NCBI RefSeq assembly: GCF_964355755.1
Contig: NC_092676.1
Span: forward strand, 19,362,871 to 19,426,870
Direction: 5' to 3'
Length of the DNA stretch: 64,000 nucleotides
Source: Antedon mediterranea
Lineage: Eukaryota; Animalia; Echinodermata
Part shown: one piece after another, positions 37,992-50,003 of the stretch
How the letters are laid out: every line of letters begins with the position of its first letter
How positions within the stretch are numbered: the stretch's first letter is position 1
Notes under the pieces: model-generated
The model's input: only the letters and a program-made list of their open reading frames with translations
Told to the model about the DNA's origin: nothing
The model's database searches: none
Position numbers and translations under genes: made by a program

Positions 37992-38163
37992 TAAGCTTAT
38001 TTCCCACTAGGCGAATTTGTTCGCGCGAATCGAAAGCGTCTGCTCGTACACGTCACATGCGCATAGAGGCATTTGGAAGATGGAAACGTGACATGAATTC
38101 GCATGCGTATAAGCTGGAGCTTTCAATTCGTACGAGAAATCGCCTAGTGGAAATTAGGCTTTA
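37992..38163. mobile_element. MITE (PIF/Harbinger-like)
   Basis: TIRs AAGCTTATTTCCCACTAGGCGA / TCGCCTAGTGGAAATTAGGCTT. A related remnant lies at 14718-14785. Confidence 0.72.
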
Positions 38164-38345
38164 ATAATGGTTGGTTGTAGTGTTAAAACATAATGCCCCA
38201 CGTTTCGTTTCACAAAAAAGTGTCCCTTTAAAAATGTGTCCCTTTAAAAAGAGTGTCCCTTTAAAAAGAGTGTCCCTTTAAAAAGAGTGTCCCCTAAATT
38301 GGGGGTGTTCCAAAGGAGGGCTTTACTGTAGCGGTACTTACCATA

Positions 38346-41300
38346 CTAGTTCCTACATTTTCCTCTTGGCGTTAAACCAAACGTGTATGGAATTTGATTA
38401 CCCTTTCGAGATGTACACGTTAGTCCCCTTTTACAAGCTCCAAGTACGCCGTATGGACCCATGCAAGACTGGCCAACCATCTAGAGTTTAAACAAAAGTA
38501 AAGTAATTAAATCAAATCAGTTACTCATCCTCTTATAATCGGTTGTCACCAAATTAACCTCTCCTGACCAAGTCGCTGACTATAGTAGCTACGTTAACTA
38601 TTATACACTTTAACCTGTTTGGGTAGCAAGTCACAATTGCAGTTGCTGCGTTAACTATACACTTTAACCTGTTTGGGTAACCAAGTCACAATTGCAGTTT
38701 CTGCGTTAACTATACACTTTAACCTATTTGGGTAACCAAGTCACAATTGCAGTTGCTGCAGTAATTAGGCCTATACACTTTAACCTTTTTGGGTAACCAA
38801 GTCACAATTGCAGTTGCTGCGTTAACTATATACACTTTAACCTGTTTGGGTAACCAAGTCACAATTGCAGTTGCTGCAGTAACTATACACTTTAACCTGT
38901 TTGGGTAACCAAGTCACAATTGCAGTTGCTGCAGTAACTATACACTTTAACCTTTTTTAGGAACCAAGTAAAAATTGCAATTGCTGCAGTAACTATACAC
39001 TTTTACCTTTAGGTACCGTAAGTCAAAATTACAGTTGCAGTTGCTGCAGTAACTACATTTTTTTTTACTTGTTAACCTGTTTATGTAATTATTTAACAAT
39101 CATTTATATTTGGTTAACCTCATAAACTTCTACAAATAAGTTGGACATGATCCATAAAGCTAAAATATTACATAATTCTTGAGTACATGTAAATAATTAT
39201 GATAATGATTTTTGGAAAATGTCGAACACCTCGGTTATAATATTATTAATAACATCATCTTGTTATATTTTGTATTGGTGGATGTACCGTAAGCTACATT
39301 TTCCTAGTTTGTAATGTTTTTGTTTTTTTGTTAAAAAAAATTCTATTACCTTTGGACAAACATCACAGCATCCGCACATATCTGATATCCTTTGTGCTCC
39401 GCCAGGACATCTCTTTGGAGTACGAAGACTACAGTATTGTGTCAACATTGAACGTCTATATGCTTTGCATCGACACCGATTAGCACTTACACTGTAAACA
39501 AACAAAAATGTTTGTAAATAAAATAATTTCATGATTTGAAACAAATAGTTTGCTATGTACTGACGGCACAAACGTGGCGTGCTGTGTACGGCTCTTGTAT
39601 GCGTGCGTCAACTTTTTGAATCTGATTTTGTGCGCATTCGTCAATTAAGATGGGGTTTCATTGGTCAAATCGCTTGGGTTGGTCTTACGTCCTTGCGTTG
39701 CGTCCTCGTGGGAACCAAGCTTTATGTATTTCTTTATTGTCGCTGGTGATATGGACAAAGCTGACGAGTGGTCAGACGTTTGCAAGCGCTTGTCTGTTTT
39801 TTAAACATTTTGTGGTTGAATCTGATTATTATTTCATTTTACCTATATTGAGCCTCTCAGAGACAGATAGTTTTTTTTTCATTCCTTAAGAAGGTTATGT
39901 GCAGCCATGGAGAAAAATATAACTTATTTCTTCATGATGCAACTGATATTTTCAGATGTTTTATGAAGTAAATGTTAATCGGTCATCCAACTTTTATCAC
40001 GATAATAATACGAAGCAGCGGGGTCGCAGTGGCTTGTATTTATAAACCACGGAAGGCTAGAGGCGACGCAAAAAACGTTTACAAAAGCATTATAAACGGC
40101 GTCTTAGCATCAACATCAAACGTGGCCAAATCGACATTAGTGTTTATCTACCCGGAAATACTGTTTATGTTAGCATAGCAAATTTCCATTAATTGACGGA
40201 ACGCGAATTGAATTTGTAAACTTCACTGTTTTCTGCCCTGAGGCGATCTCGTGTTTGAACAGTGGGTGTATATGAACACCATCCTATTAAATATTTTTGC
40301 GGTTGAAAAATATGAATATCATATTTGTATTCCCATAGGTTTTCATTTTATAGTTGCATAGTAATATGTTTACAATTCATAATGTCAATGTTGTCGAATT
40401 AATAAAGCGGTCACAATAAATAAAAAATGAATAAGAAACAGATTGAAAACAGTAAAAGTATAGTTCAATATCTACGTAATGTTAGATAGCATTAGCACAT
40501 TGATGGAAATGGATGGAGATGATTGTTATTTATCGCACTGGACTTAATGTGGTCAAGCAGTATTCGTAATTCTTCATCTTGGCACAGTTTTTATTAAATA
40601 AAGATTATTTAAATACGATAAATGTATTATTGTGACCTTTGGCCTTAATGGGTTATATAAATTTTGACTACTATACTAGTAATCAAATTTAATAAATAAA
40701 TTAATTAATAATAATAAAACATGAAACGCATTTCATAAAATGTTATTGTATGGGAACTGTTTATGTGTGTACGGTATCTTCCTAATTCTTTAAACATAGC
40801 GTTTAATTTGATTTAGTAAACTGATGTATTTTACTATTGTAAATTCCGACCAAAAAGAAAGTATTTATAACATTATCATATAATTATTATGATAGTTTAA
40901 CATTCCTTTAGTAAGATACAACTCAGACGGATAAAAAATGATCTCTTTACTACCATATCGTATATGATAAAACTCTAAATAAGCACGCTCTAAATCCATT
41001 AAAGAAAAATTAAATCTAAATTGACATAAGTGGAACATGCGATCCACAACAATATTCATGTACGTGATTTGACAAATAAATCTTAATTATAGAGAAAACC
41101 GAGAGCTGTTTTAGGTGGTATTTTCGCAAAAAAAATAAAAATATAGGCCTATATAATATATAAGGCCTATATAGAGAAACAAAATAGGCCTATAATTATT
41201 TGTTGTATTTAGAATTGGTAAATAACGTAGTTTATTTATTGTTAATAGGTCTTTGCAAAGTTTCAATGCATAATGAAATTAGGACAAACAGATTTTATCG

Positions 41301-44300
41301 AAAGTTCCGCTAATCTATAAATAGGCCTACAATATTTGATTTATTTAGTTTTTTAAAACATTACAAAAAACGTACAAAATTATACAAACAATTAAACAAC
41401 TTGCCAAGGATTCTCCAAGCGCACTTTATTCTTTATAACGGCCACAGACCTTATAATAATACATTTGAATTTATTGAATTATATTTTGCAACTAAGCAGA
41501 CAATGATTCTTTATATGCAGCATCACCCCCAAAACACATAATTCTTACCCGGCTTCCCGGAAGAATCATCACAACATTAGACACTTTCCCACAGTGCAAA
41601 ACTACTCTGCCGTTAATGATATAATTGGGCGCAATCAAGACAGCTAAATGTCTATCGAAGAAAACACTGGCGTTCTATTAACTGTGATCTTGCTTTTGTG
41701 ATACGATTTTAAGTAAGAGATTGGCATCATGCCATTTCACATAAGCATCTTTTATGAACAACATAGCATGGTATACACATCTTGCTGTATCGCGTTTCTT
41801 GATATAACGGTCACAGACCTTATACTTAAGTATCCCTACTGGGTGATATTATCTTTCTTTTAAATGTAGGCTAATTTTAGCTTTCTTATCCCCAGAAATT
41901 TACCACCCGAATGAACTTACCGATTTCTGTAGCCCTAAGGTATGCATTTGTTGCCGATTTTTCTTTAAAAGCTTTTTTTTAGTTTCTGTGTTTATTCGTT
42001 GTTAAATCCGTTGGCATTTTTATTCACCAGTGGTCGTCGTATTCACCAATCGCGCACTTTAGTGAAATCTCCCTTAAATACAAAGTATTTCACTTAAGTC
42101 AATAAATTAAGTTGTTTTCCTTGTTGTTGTCAGTTGTATTCACTTAGATAAGATAATTGTAAAGATAGACCTATGGTTCTTTAGTAAGTCTGAACAAGGG
42201 TGAATTGACGTTTGTAGAGTTTCCTAATACATTGTAGTCATTTCAAGGATGCTTAAGTTTGAATGGTAAACACGTCTCCTCATTACAAATTCAACAATTT
42301 TATATATGTATTTCAATGCCTATTTGTGATTGATTTTGCATACAAATTTTATAGTTACCAAATTCTATCGGAAAATGGTACTCGTCTAAATGTTTGCAAT
42401 CGCAAAATTCGCAATTGGGAGATGTACCCCAAGTTACTGTATTTTTTATATAGGATTTTGTACATAAATAGAAATAAACTCGTCTATTGACATAGTTAAC
42501 AATAATAATAAAAAAATAAAAATAAATAAATAAATAATAATAATACGAATTTGTAATGCGCCAATTCCAGCAGTAAGTGAGAGAGCTCAATTTGAAGAAA
42601 AAGATGAGTTTTCAAGGCAGATTTAAAGGCGATAGTAGAAGAACATGATTTAATATAGAGGTGGGTAGGTCATTCCATAAGCGAGAGGCAGCAGAAACTG
42701 ATTTCTTTACATAATACGATGTCATGATTTCCAAACGTGAGAGGGAAATATATTGATGCAATGTCACTGATAAGCAGGAAAAACAGTAATGTTCACATAC
42801 AACCTTCGTGCTCTATGCAAAGATGAGAAATACGTGAGGTTATGACATGTTCTGTAGATAAAAATGTCATTTGAGACATAAAATGAAGTTGTAGGGGCAG
42901 GTGTACATGGTGAAAACAAGGGATTAAATTCTCATTACCATAGTTATGTCAGGTTTACCTCCGGAGGTAAATGTTGTTTTGAATTGTAGAAATATAATTT
43001 TTTGATACCGGTTAAGATAATAGGCAGGGGAAATCCGTAAGGATATTTTGAATAAATATTAATCTGAAAGCAAAATCAAAATCGCATGTTTTATAAAAAC
43101 GAATAGTTGGGAATGTTATTCAACGTAATTGAAATTACAGAACATAGGCCTAATGGATTTTTTTTTGTGCTGATAAAAGATTTTAAAGGAAGTGAGTTGT
43201 CCTTTTTGCATGTAGGTATTCCTAGTATAGTATTCATTCATATATTCTAGTTTAGCATAGAGGACAAAATGGTCATTAAAAAGTTTCATTTAGGCTGTCA
43301 AATGGGGAGCACACATTTAGCGATATTCTATGGGCCCTCCTCCAATCTAACTCCAAACTTCATCTACTTACTTTCCTTCGTTATATCTTCTTTCCTAGAC
43401 TTTCCCCTGTCTGTCGTTTTTATGTGTTTTTTATGTTAGTCCACCAGTCGGACGAGTTCAGTATTATACGTATAAAAACGCCATATATGCCAAAATATTT
43501 ATATTTTTACTAATTTCGGTCTAGGATCTAGACTACCCCTTCTTCTGTTAATCACTTAAATGACAACTTGACCGAGAACCATATTTTAAAAACGTATTAG
43601 GGATGTACATGATTTCAGAACAATCGTGAGATTTACAATATCGCAGCGCGCGCTCGCAATACAGCCGTCGCCGCCGTAAATTGATGTGACGTCACAAGTG
43701 CATAGCAAAATCTACCTAATGAGTTTTCACTGTTGTTAACATACAAGAGATAGGTACTTCGTCACGTCACGTCACTTCAAGTTGTCCTTTAATATAGGCC
43801 TACTTTACTTTAAAAACTACTGTCTGAGTAGTAATGTTTTCATGGTAACATTCCTTGTTAATTATTGTGTGGAAAGGTATCTTTAATTGGGTTTTGTTTG
43901 TAAGGTCATGCCTAATTGTAGTTAATAAAATCAAAATGTTAAAGAAATTCAATTTATAGTGACTTGTAGTATTTTGATGAGGTCGTATAATGTAAAAACA
44001 TGTTTAATTTAAAAAGATATTGAACTAATTAAACACATTTTTGTGATTTTATTCGTAAATGCGATTATGTAATTATGTTTAAATGAAAACGAATTCCCAT
44101 AAGAAGACTTTGCATAAACTTACAAAATAGATTACACAGTTTTGTATACTCTATGACAGACAAATCGTCAATTACCGTCTGATAAATTAACAATTGATGC
44201 TATGCCAGAAGTCAGACTTTAGTATTAAGAACAGACGTTTTCAAAATGTTTAACCCGTGAACATGTAGCAAAGCTCAGCAAGAAACGTTACGTCTGGCGT

Positions 44301-44873
44301 CAGTCCAGATCTGCCTGTCAACCGCCTGCAAAGCGGGGAATTCCTCCACCTTTTATACTAACATAATATGTTACTAAAATCATATCTTGGTAAATGGTAA
44401 AATATATTATACTTTACCATTTACCAAGTTATGATTTTAGTGTAAAACGGTACCCAGTGTTATTATTAGGCCTAAGCTAGGTTACGCCCAGAAAGATGCA
44501 TATCTGGTTAAATTTCATCCTAACTAGGCATATGCCTTAATGACATAACTCAAAAGAACACCACATTCTAAAACCGTCGTTCGAAGAACAGACGTCTATC
44601 ATGATATCTTAGAGTTCGTATTGCAGAATTTGTTTCGCAAGTTGGAAAGAATGCACTCAAAAGCAAACATAAATGAGGACCAACTGACTATTTGACTTAC
44701 TAAACGATGTAAGTGCATGCCCTACGTAGTAATGACTGTACTACTACTATAACTTCAATACCGTCACGTTTTCGGTTGTTTCTAGGCCTAAACTTTTTTT
44801 TTAAAGAATAAGATAACACTTACCATGCAAGACAAGCAGATAACATCACAACAAGTACCAAATATTTGGTCAT
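38346..44873 (-). CDS. Secreted single IGFBP-domain protein (SIBD/perlustrin-like), cationic, 108 aa
   Basis: Exons 44873-44824 (MTKYLVLVVMLSACLA, phase 2), 39491-39350 (VSANRCRC..DMCGCCDVCPK) and 38480-38346 (MVGQSCMGPYGVLGACKRGLTC..GKCRN*). 12 Cys with the CGCCxxC motif. TATA-like and CCAAT motifs near 44995-45030. Confidence 0.88.
38590..39060. repeat. 55-bp minisatellite, about 8 copies, in an intron of the IGFBP-domain gene
   Basis: Unit TAACTATACACTTTAACCTGTTTGGGTAACCAAGTCACAATTGCAGTTGCTGCAG. Confidence 0.93.
42500..42698 (-). mobile_element. L2-type LINE 3' fragment
   Basis: Minus strand encodes SAASRLWNDLP..AFKSALKTHLF, followed by GCGCATTACAAAT and a (TAT/TTTA)n tail. Confidence 0.75.
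44373..44441. repeat. Near-perfect 69-bp hairpin
   Basis: ACTAAAATCATATCTTGGTAAATGGTAAA / TTTACCATTTACCAAGTTATGATTTTAGT; 29-bp arms with one mismatch. Confidence 0.85.
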
Positions 44874-47560
44874 CTTTATAATATATCCCTAATTAAAATA
44901 TTAAACAGGCAACGTCCTTGATGCTGACTATCCGAAATAACTACCAGATAACTCATGTACTTGATTTCACACCCCTGTGCTATTAGTATTAATATTATAA
45001 GGCCTCCAAGTTATGCTGTTCTCTTATTGGTCTAAACTCACAGCATGTGTCGTGAGTCAGATGGATTTTAACCAATCACAAAACTCGCAGACAGATACCT
45101 ATGTTATTCTATTAAGAAGTTTCTAGATGATTCATCGGCTATTATTATTCTGAGTTCAAATAAACTATTCTAAATTATTCTTCGATATATTACGCAACTT
45201 AACTATTGAATTTTACACAAATTAATATTTGTTAAGAATTGTGTTTGTTCGTTACTTAAACTTGCCCCAAGTCTGTAGTTATTGTCTGTTGATTAATTTA
45301 TAATTGTGCTTTTTATTTCTACGATGTCTTGTATAATGTTTATGTTCGCAGATGTTTTAAAACTTTCATTTGTTAGGAAATAAGAACAGTTTCCGAAGTC
45401 ATGAATGAAATAGTAGCCTATTGTGTACGATTGTGTTGCTACACATTATAGTGTATTAGCCTATATTACGTATTTATTATAAATATATTTTGAACAAATG
45501 TAGCGAAAGACAAAAAAGAAGAAAAAAGGATAGTGTATTGTTAATGATGGAGGCACGTTATATCATATTCCGATCCCATGTTGGCTTAGTTTTTCAACCA
45601 TACTTAAATTTGAATCCCAACTAACATTATTTAATTATATTGTTTTGTTGAAAGTATTAATTTAAATAAGGTTTAAACTTAATAATAATTGGAGATTATT
45701 AGATATTTAGAAGCAATAACAGCGTGACAATATAGAACATATGTTTTCCAAATGTTCGTTCATATGGTATCAACATTGACTTGCTTTCAACTAGTGACCC
45801 ATCCAAGTACTGATAAAAAAAGTTCTGTCTCTTTTCGCCTATTGTCTCTGCTCAGCCATACTGATTCAGTTATCTATTCTGGGTTTTGTGTTTTTGTAAA
45901 ATTAGCAAAATAGTAAAAGATAATAGATAACTGTATCATTGTAATACTATGACGTAATTGTACTATATACCAATCAGGCCCTTATATCGATAATACACTT
46001 GTGGAAAAGCCAGTCTAGTGATCTGGAGGTCGTGGGTTCGAGTCCCACCACCCGAGAAATATTCTCAATTGTACTTAGTATAAAGTACAATTACAATTTC
46101 TTCGTAGTAGTTATTTACCAGTTATCCTTTATTATCATTGACCCCTATTTAGACTTACTACCATTTCCTGGGTACCCGCAAAATAATACTGACGACACAG
46201 TTCCATTTCTTGTTTTCTTTAGAAAACTGTTATTACACTAAAGTGGAATCAATAAATTCGAATAATAATTCACAACGTGATATTTTTTATGAAACAAACT
46301 GTTCAAAGATAATGTTCAATTATGTTTGTTTTAGGAAATTATAAGTACACTTACGGAAGGAATTTACCTAAATTGGATTTAAAAATTACCCGTGCGATTT
46401 TTTTAAAGAAATAAATGGTTTAGAGTTTCGATATAGCTTACAATTTTTTGTTTGTTTTAGGAAATATAATTACGTCACTTACGGAAGATATGATATTATA
46501 TAAATACTTAGATCAAGATCATGAGAATACCCATGTGATATTTTTGGAGAAATCTTTCGATATAGGTTTCAAGTTTGTGTTTGTTTTAGAGAATCATGGA
46601 AGTGATATCCATGACACAATTATAGACTTAAAACAATGCAATGTAGGCCTATGTGACATTCTGTTATCTAGAAAATAAGTGAATTGACAAATGACAACCG
46701 ACGGTTGGAATGATCCATCTCTTATGATTGGTCAAACTTTTTGCGTTGCGTCCTATAGTGGGAAGCAAACATTAGGCCCTACTATACTTCAAGATTTTGG
46801 GAAATCCAACTACAACGACCTGGCCAACATTGCGCAGATAGAATGAATTGAGAATGTCATAAGCTTTAGATATACTATGAAGATGAAGTAAATGTTGTTA
46901 TTTACAATGTTTACCTTTCGTATTTCTCTGATCTGTGTGAACTACTAATCTTATTTAGCTTCAGCTGTAAATATTTTAAATCAACCGCATACCTAATGAC
47001 GATGAGTGGTATTTAAAGTGTAAACTGTACAATCGAGTGTGTAGACTATTTCCCTGGATGTGTGTGTCTGTACATAAGGCCAAACAAATATATATTTGTT
47101 AAGCATCACCTCCCTCCACTGATTTTAGAGCCGCCTCTGTTTTTTTTCTTAAAATAACGAAAAAAACTTCGAAAAATCACGATAAAATCGTAATAATTGA
47201 TTATCACAGGAATAATAATAATAATTTATTTGTGAAAAAGAAAATAAATGCGACTGTAGACAAATCTATCGACTACAATCTACACATTTATAAAATAAAA
47301 GGTTCAATCAGGTGCATTTATGCAAATTAGTTGCAGGTGCTAACTATCCATTCATTGATCTGTTGAAATGAGATCAGAAGACAGGCAACCTGAAGCTAGA
47401 AGGACCAGTTTACATGGTGTATAGTAAGTTATGTATGGTAAGTTACCGCAATTTAGACAGTAGTTCAGTAAGTCACCTTTTTAAAATCTCGTTATCGATG
47501 TAGGTTGCTTACCTCACTTACTGCTGACGGATCGTGTATCGTGAAAATCTTGGTATACTG

Positions 47561-47718
47561 GATCTATTTACGAAGTACCATAGGAATATTTGGTAATACA
47601 ACATCACATGTGTTTCACATGTATCTAGTAGTAAACTAACCCTTGGTACAGGCACCACATGTGATATAAATGAGATACTGTATTACAAAATATTCCTATG
47701 ATACTTCGGAAATAGATA
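47561..47718. mobile_element. MITE-like inverted repeat
   Basis: ATCTATTTACGAAGTACCATAGGAATATTTGGTAATACA / TGTATTACAAAATATTCCTATGATACTTCGGAAATAGAT. Confidence 0.7.
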
Positions 47719-47840
47719 GTATGTGGAGATACAGAACTGGGAGAGGACTAGCAATCGGGTGAAAATGATTGACTAAACAATGACTTTTATCCGTATCGGT
47801 GGTTATGGCGTAAAATATAGAATTTTTCAGAAGTAAGGTT

Positions 47841-49237
47841 AACTAGATTTAATTCGTCACTATGACGAATTATAGGTTATATGCATTGATTTAAATAAAG
47901 ATAATTGATTTTTAAAAGATATATTGATTGATTGATTTTCTCAGAATCTTTAATTATTTATAATATATGATAGGACCTTGCTAACGCGAACACCATAGCC
48001 GGTATCACAATCCGATCAAAGATCCCTCTGCGTATAATGTCATAAACCGCATTTGTTGTTACATAATAATAAAAACATAAAGTAACTTCTTATCTAGATT
48101 TCATTATAAATCATGTGTATAATCTATACACTAAGAAATAAATTTGAACAATACGGATAATAAAAAAAAAATCTTATTTCGTTTCCCAAGGTGAGACTCG
48201 AACTCGGTACCTTGAATGCCATTGACACGAGCACAGACCATCGAGCCATACACAACTGACTAAAAGTTGGAGAAAAATTCCTCCGTGTATTTACTATGCA
48301 GTAACCACTTTGGTGCAGATAGATTATTACATACCGCAATGAATTATAATGTTTTACTATGATGACATCTTTAAAAATTTAAAAAAAATGATGCACTGTC
48401 AAACTATATACTTTTAACTTTAATATATGAAGGAAGAAAGTTAACGTTAAGTTTGTTATTTTGGCCTAAGAAAATGTTATAATTTGTTTGATTGTCGAAA
48501 TTAATTTTGTTAAATTTAATATGCCATTAATGATGACTTAATCAACTTTTGTTCTTCTAATTTCATAATAAATCATACATATGATACATACACTTCAAGA
48601 AAATTAAATAAAAAATAGGTGTTCCCGAGCATTCTAACGATATATATTAATTTTAAAATTTAGCATATTTTCACCATTTTGTTAACTTACACGTGCGTAG
48701 CCCGTTACTTTTGACGTGCTCGTATAACGCTGTTTCGCGTTGAAAAGTGAATAAAATATGATGATATTATTAAAGAAAGGTTATACAACAGTAATCGGAC
48801 ACAAACAGTGCGCATTAACGTTTGACGCGCCGTGCGCGTGCAAAAATCTGCGCACTCATGGCAATTTTTTAAACGCTTAAAATTGCCTGAAACGTACTCT
48901 AATTTCATCGAAAATAAATTCTGACAATTTTCAACATTTTAAGCGCGCGTACGCATGCGTTATATGCGCTACGCACGTAATTCTATTGCCATATGATGAA
49001 ATATGACCTGAAATTTATGAGTACCAAATTTTGTTTAAAAGTGATTCATGTTTGTGAAGATATGATTACAAACGTGATTTCGTTAAATCGCGCGTAGACC
49101 ACGTAATTTTTGATTGCGCATCGTGAAAACATAACCACATCGATTCCTGGCCATAAGGAATATACTCTGAAAAATTGACTTAGATAGATGAAACTGATGC
49201 CAAGATAATTCACGGACAAATAGTGCTAAGGAAAGAA

Positions 49238-49280
<43 letters not shown>

Positions 49281-49330
49281 AGATTTTGACAGAATCAAGA
49301 GGTTATATGCATATCATGCATATAACCTAA
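47841..49330 (-). mobile_element. Second HINE-like family member (about 1.5 kb)
   Basis: One end has AACTAG, hairpin AATTCGTCA-cta-TGACGAATT and subTIR AGGTTATATGCAT. The other has (AAAT)n, GATTTTGACAGAATCAAG and AGGTTATATGCAT-atc-ATGCATATAACCT. Same layout as the array at 1-3353. Confidence 0.78.
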
Positions 49331-49486
49331 TAAATCTCTCGGGACCCTAGACTTATACAGAATACATACTTATTTCAATAGGTTATTTAATTTTAAATAC
49401 ACGAAACGTATTTATAAAATATTTCAGTATTAACAATCTTAAAAAAGTAAGTAGAAAGTAGAAATTACCGTAAATAAAGAACTTAC

Positions 49487-49539
49487 CTGTAAATAACTGC
49501 AAGCAAAAGAAAAAACGTTATAATCGTTCTGTTGTTCAT
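49487..49539 (-). CDS. Alternative signal-peptide first exon (MNNRTIITFFLLLAVIY) of the minus-strand IGFBP-domain gene
   Basis: ATG at 49539 and donor CAG|GTAAGT in phase 2, matching the acceptor at 39491. TATA box CTATATAAAT at 49650-49641. Confidence 0.65.
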
Positions 49540-50003
49540 TCTGATAAACTTTATTGATTAAAGATCGTTTAGAAAAAAACAGCCTTGTGCTTTCTTCTGA
49601 CCAGCGAAGATGGTATTATAAACTCTAACGATGATCTGCTATTTATATAGTCACCCATTCTTGATATCGGGTAAATCCGGTTGCCTATATTAGGAATGGG
49701 AAATACCTGTTTCATCTTTCAATTTGTGGTATAATATTTCTCCGGAAACAATCAGTTTCGTAATATGGAGGGGTGACGCTTTTTTGTTGTTGATAAAATG
49801 AAATCCCGAGCGTGGGATGGTGATGATGAGGGCGTTGCCCTCTCGTTTTCCACGAAATAAACGCGTTCACATGTGCCCTCGTGTCGTTCACTTGTTGATT
49901 AAAAGGTGTTATCTCTATATCCTGTCTACTCTACAACATTATAGGGTTATAGGGAACTATTACACAAGTAAAATGTTTACCTTATAAAAAAGATTGGTAT
50001 TAC

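Noticed and set aside
39492-39571. N-terminus of ORF 39263-39571 (MKLFYLQTFLFVYS) as the true signal peptide
   Set aside because: It is the polypyrimidine tract and acceptor (TTTTGTTTGTTTACAG) of exon 2; better first exons exist at 44873 and 49539.
41548-41652. Possible alternative internal exon on the minus strand (phase 2 to 0)
   Set aside because: No Cys pattern or recognisable homology, and joining to the proximal first exon creates TGA.
46009-46055. tRNA gene (GGTTCGAGTCCC)
   Set aside because: Only the T-arm and B-box half is present, with no acceptor-stem pairing. This and the other tRNA-like segments are treated as SINE-derived.
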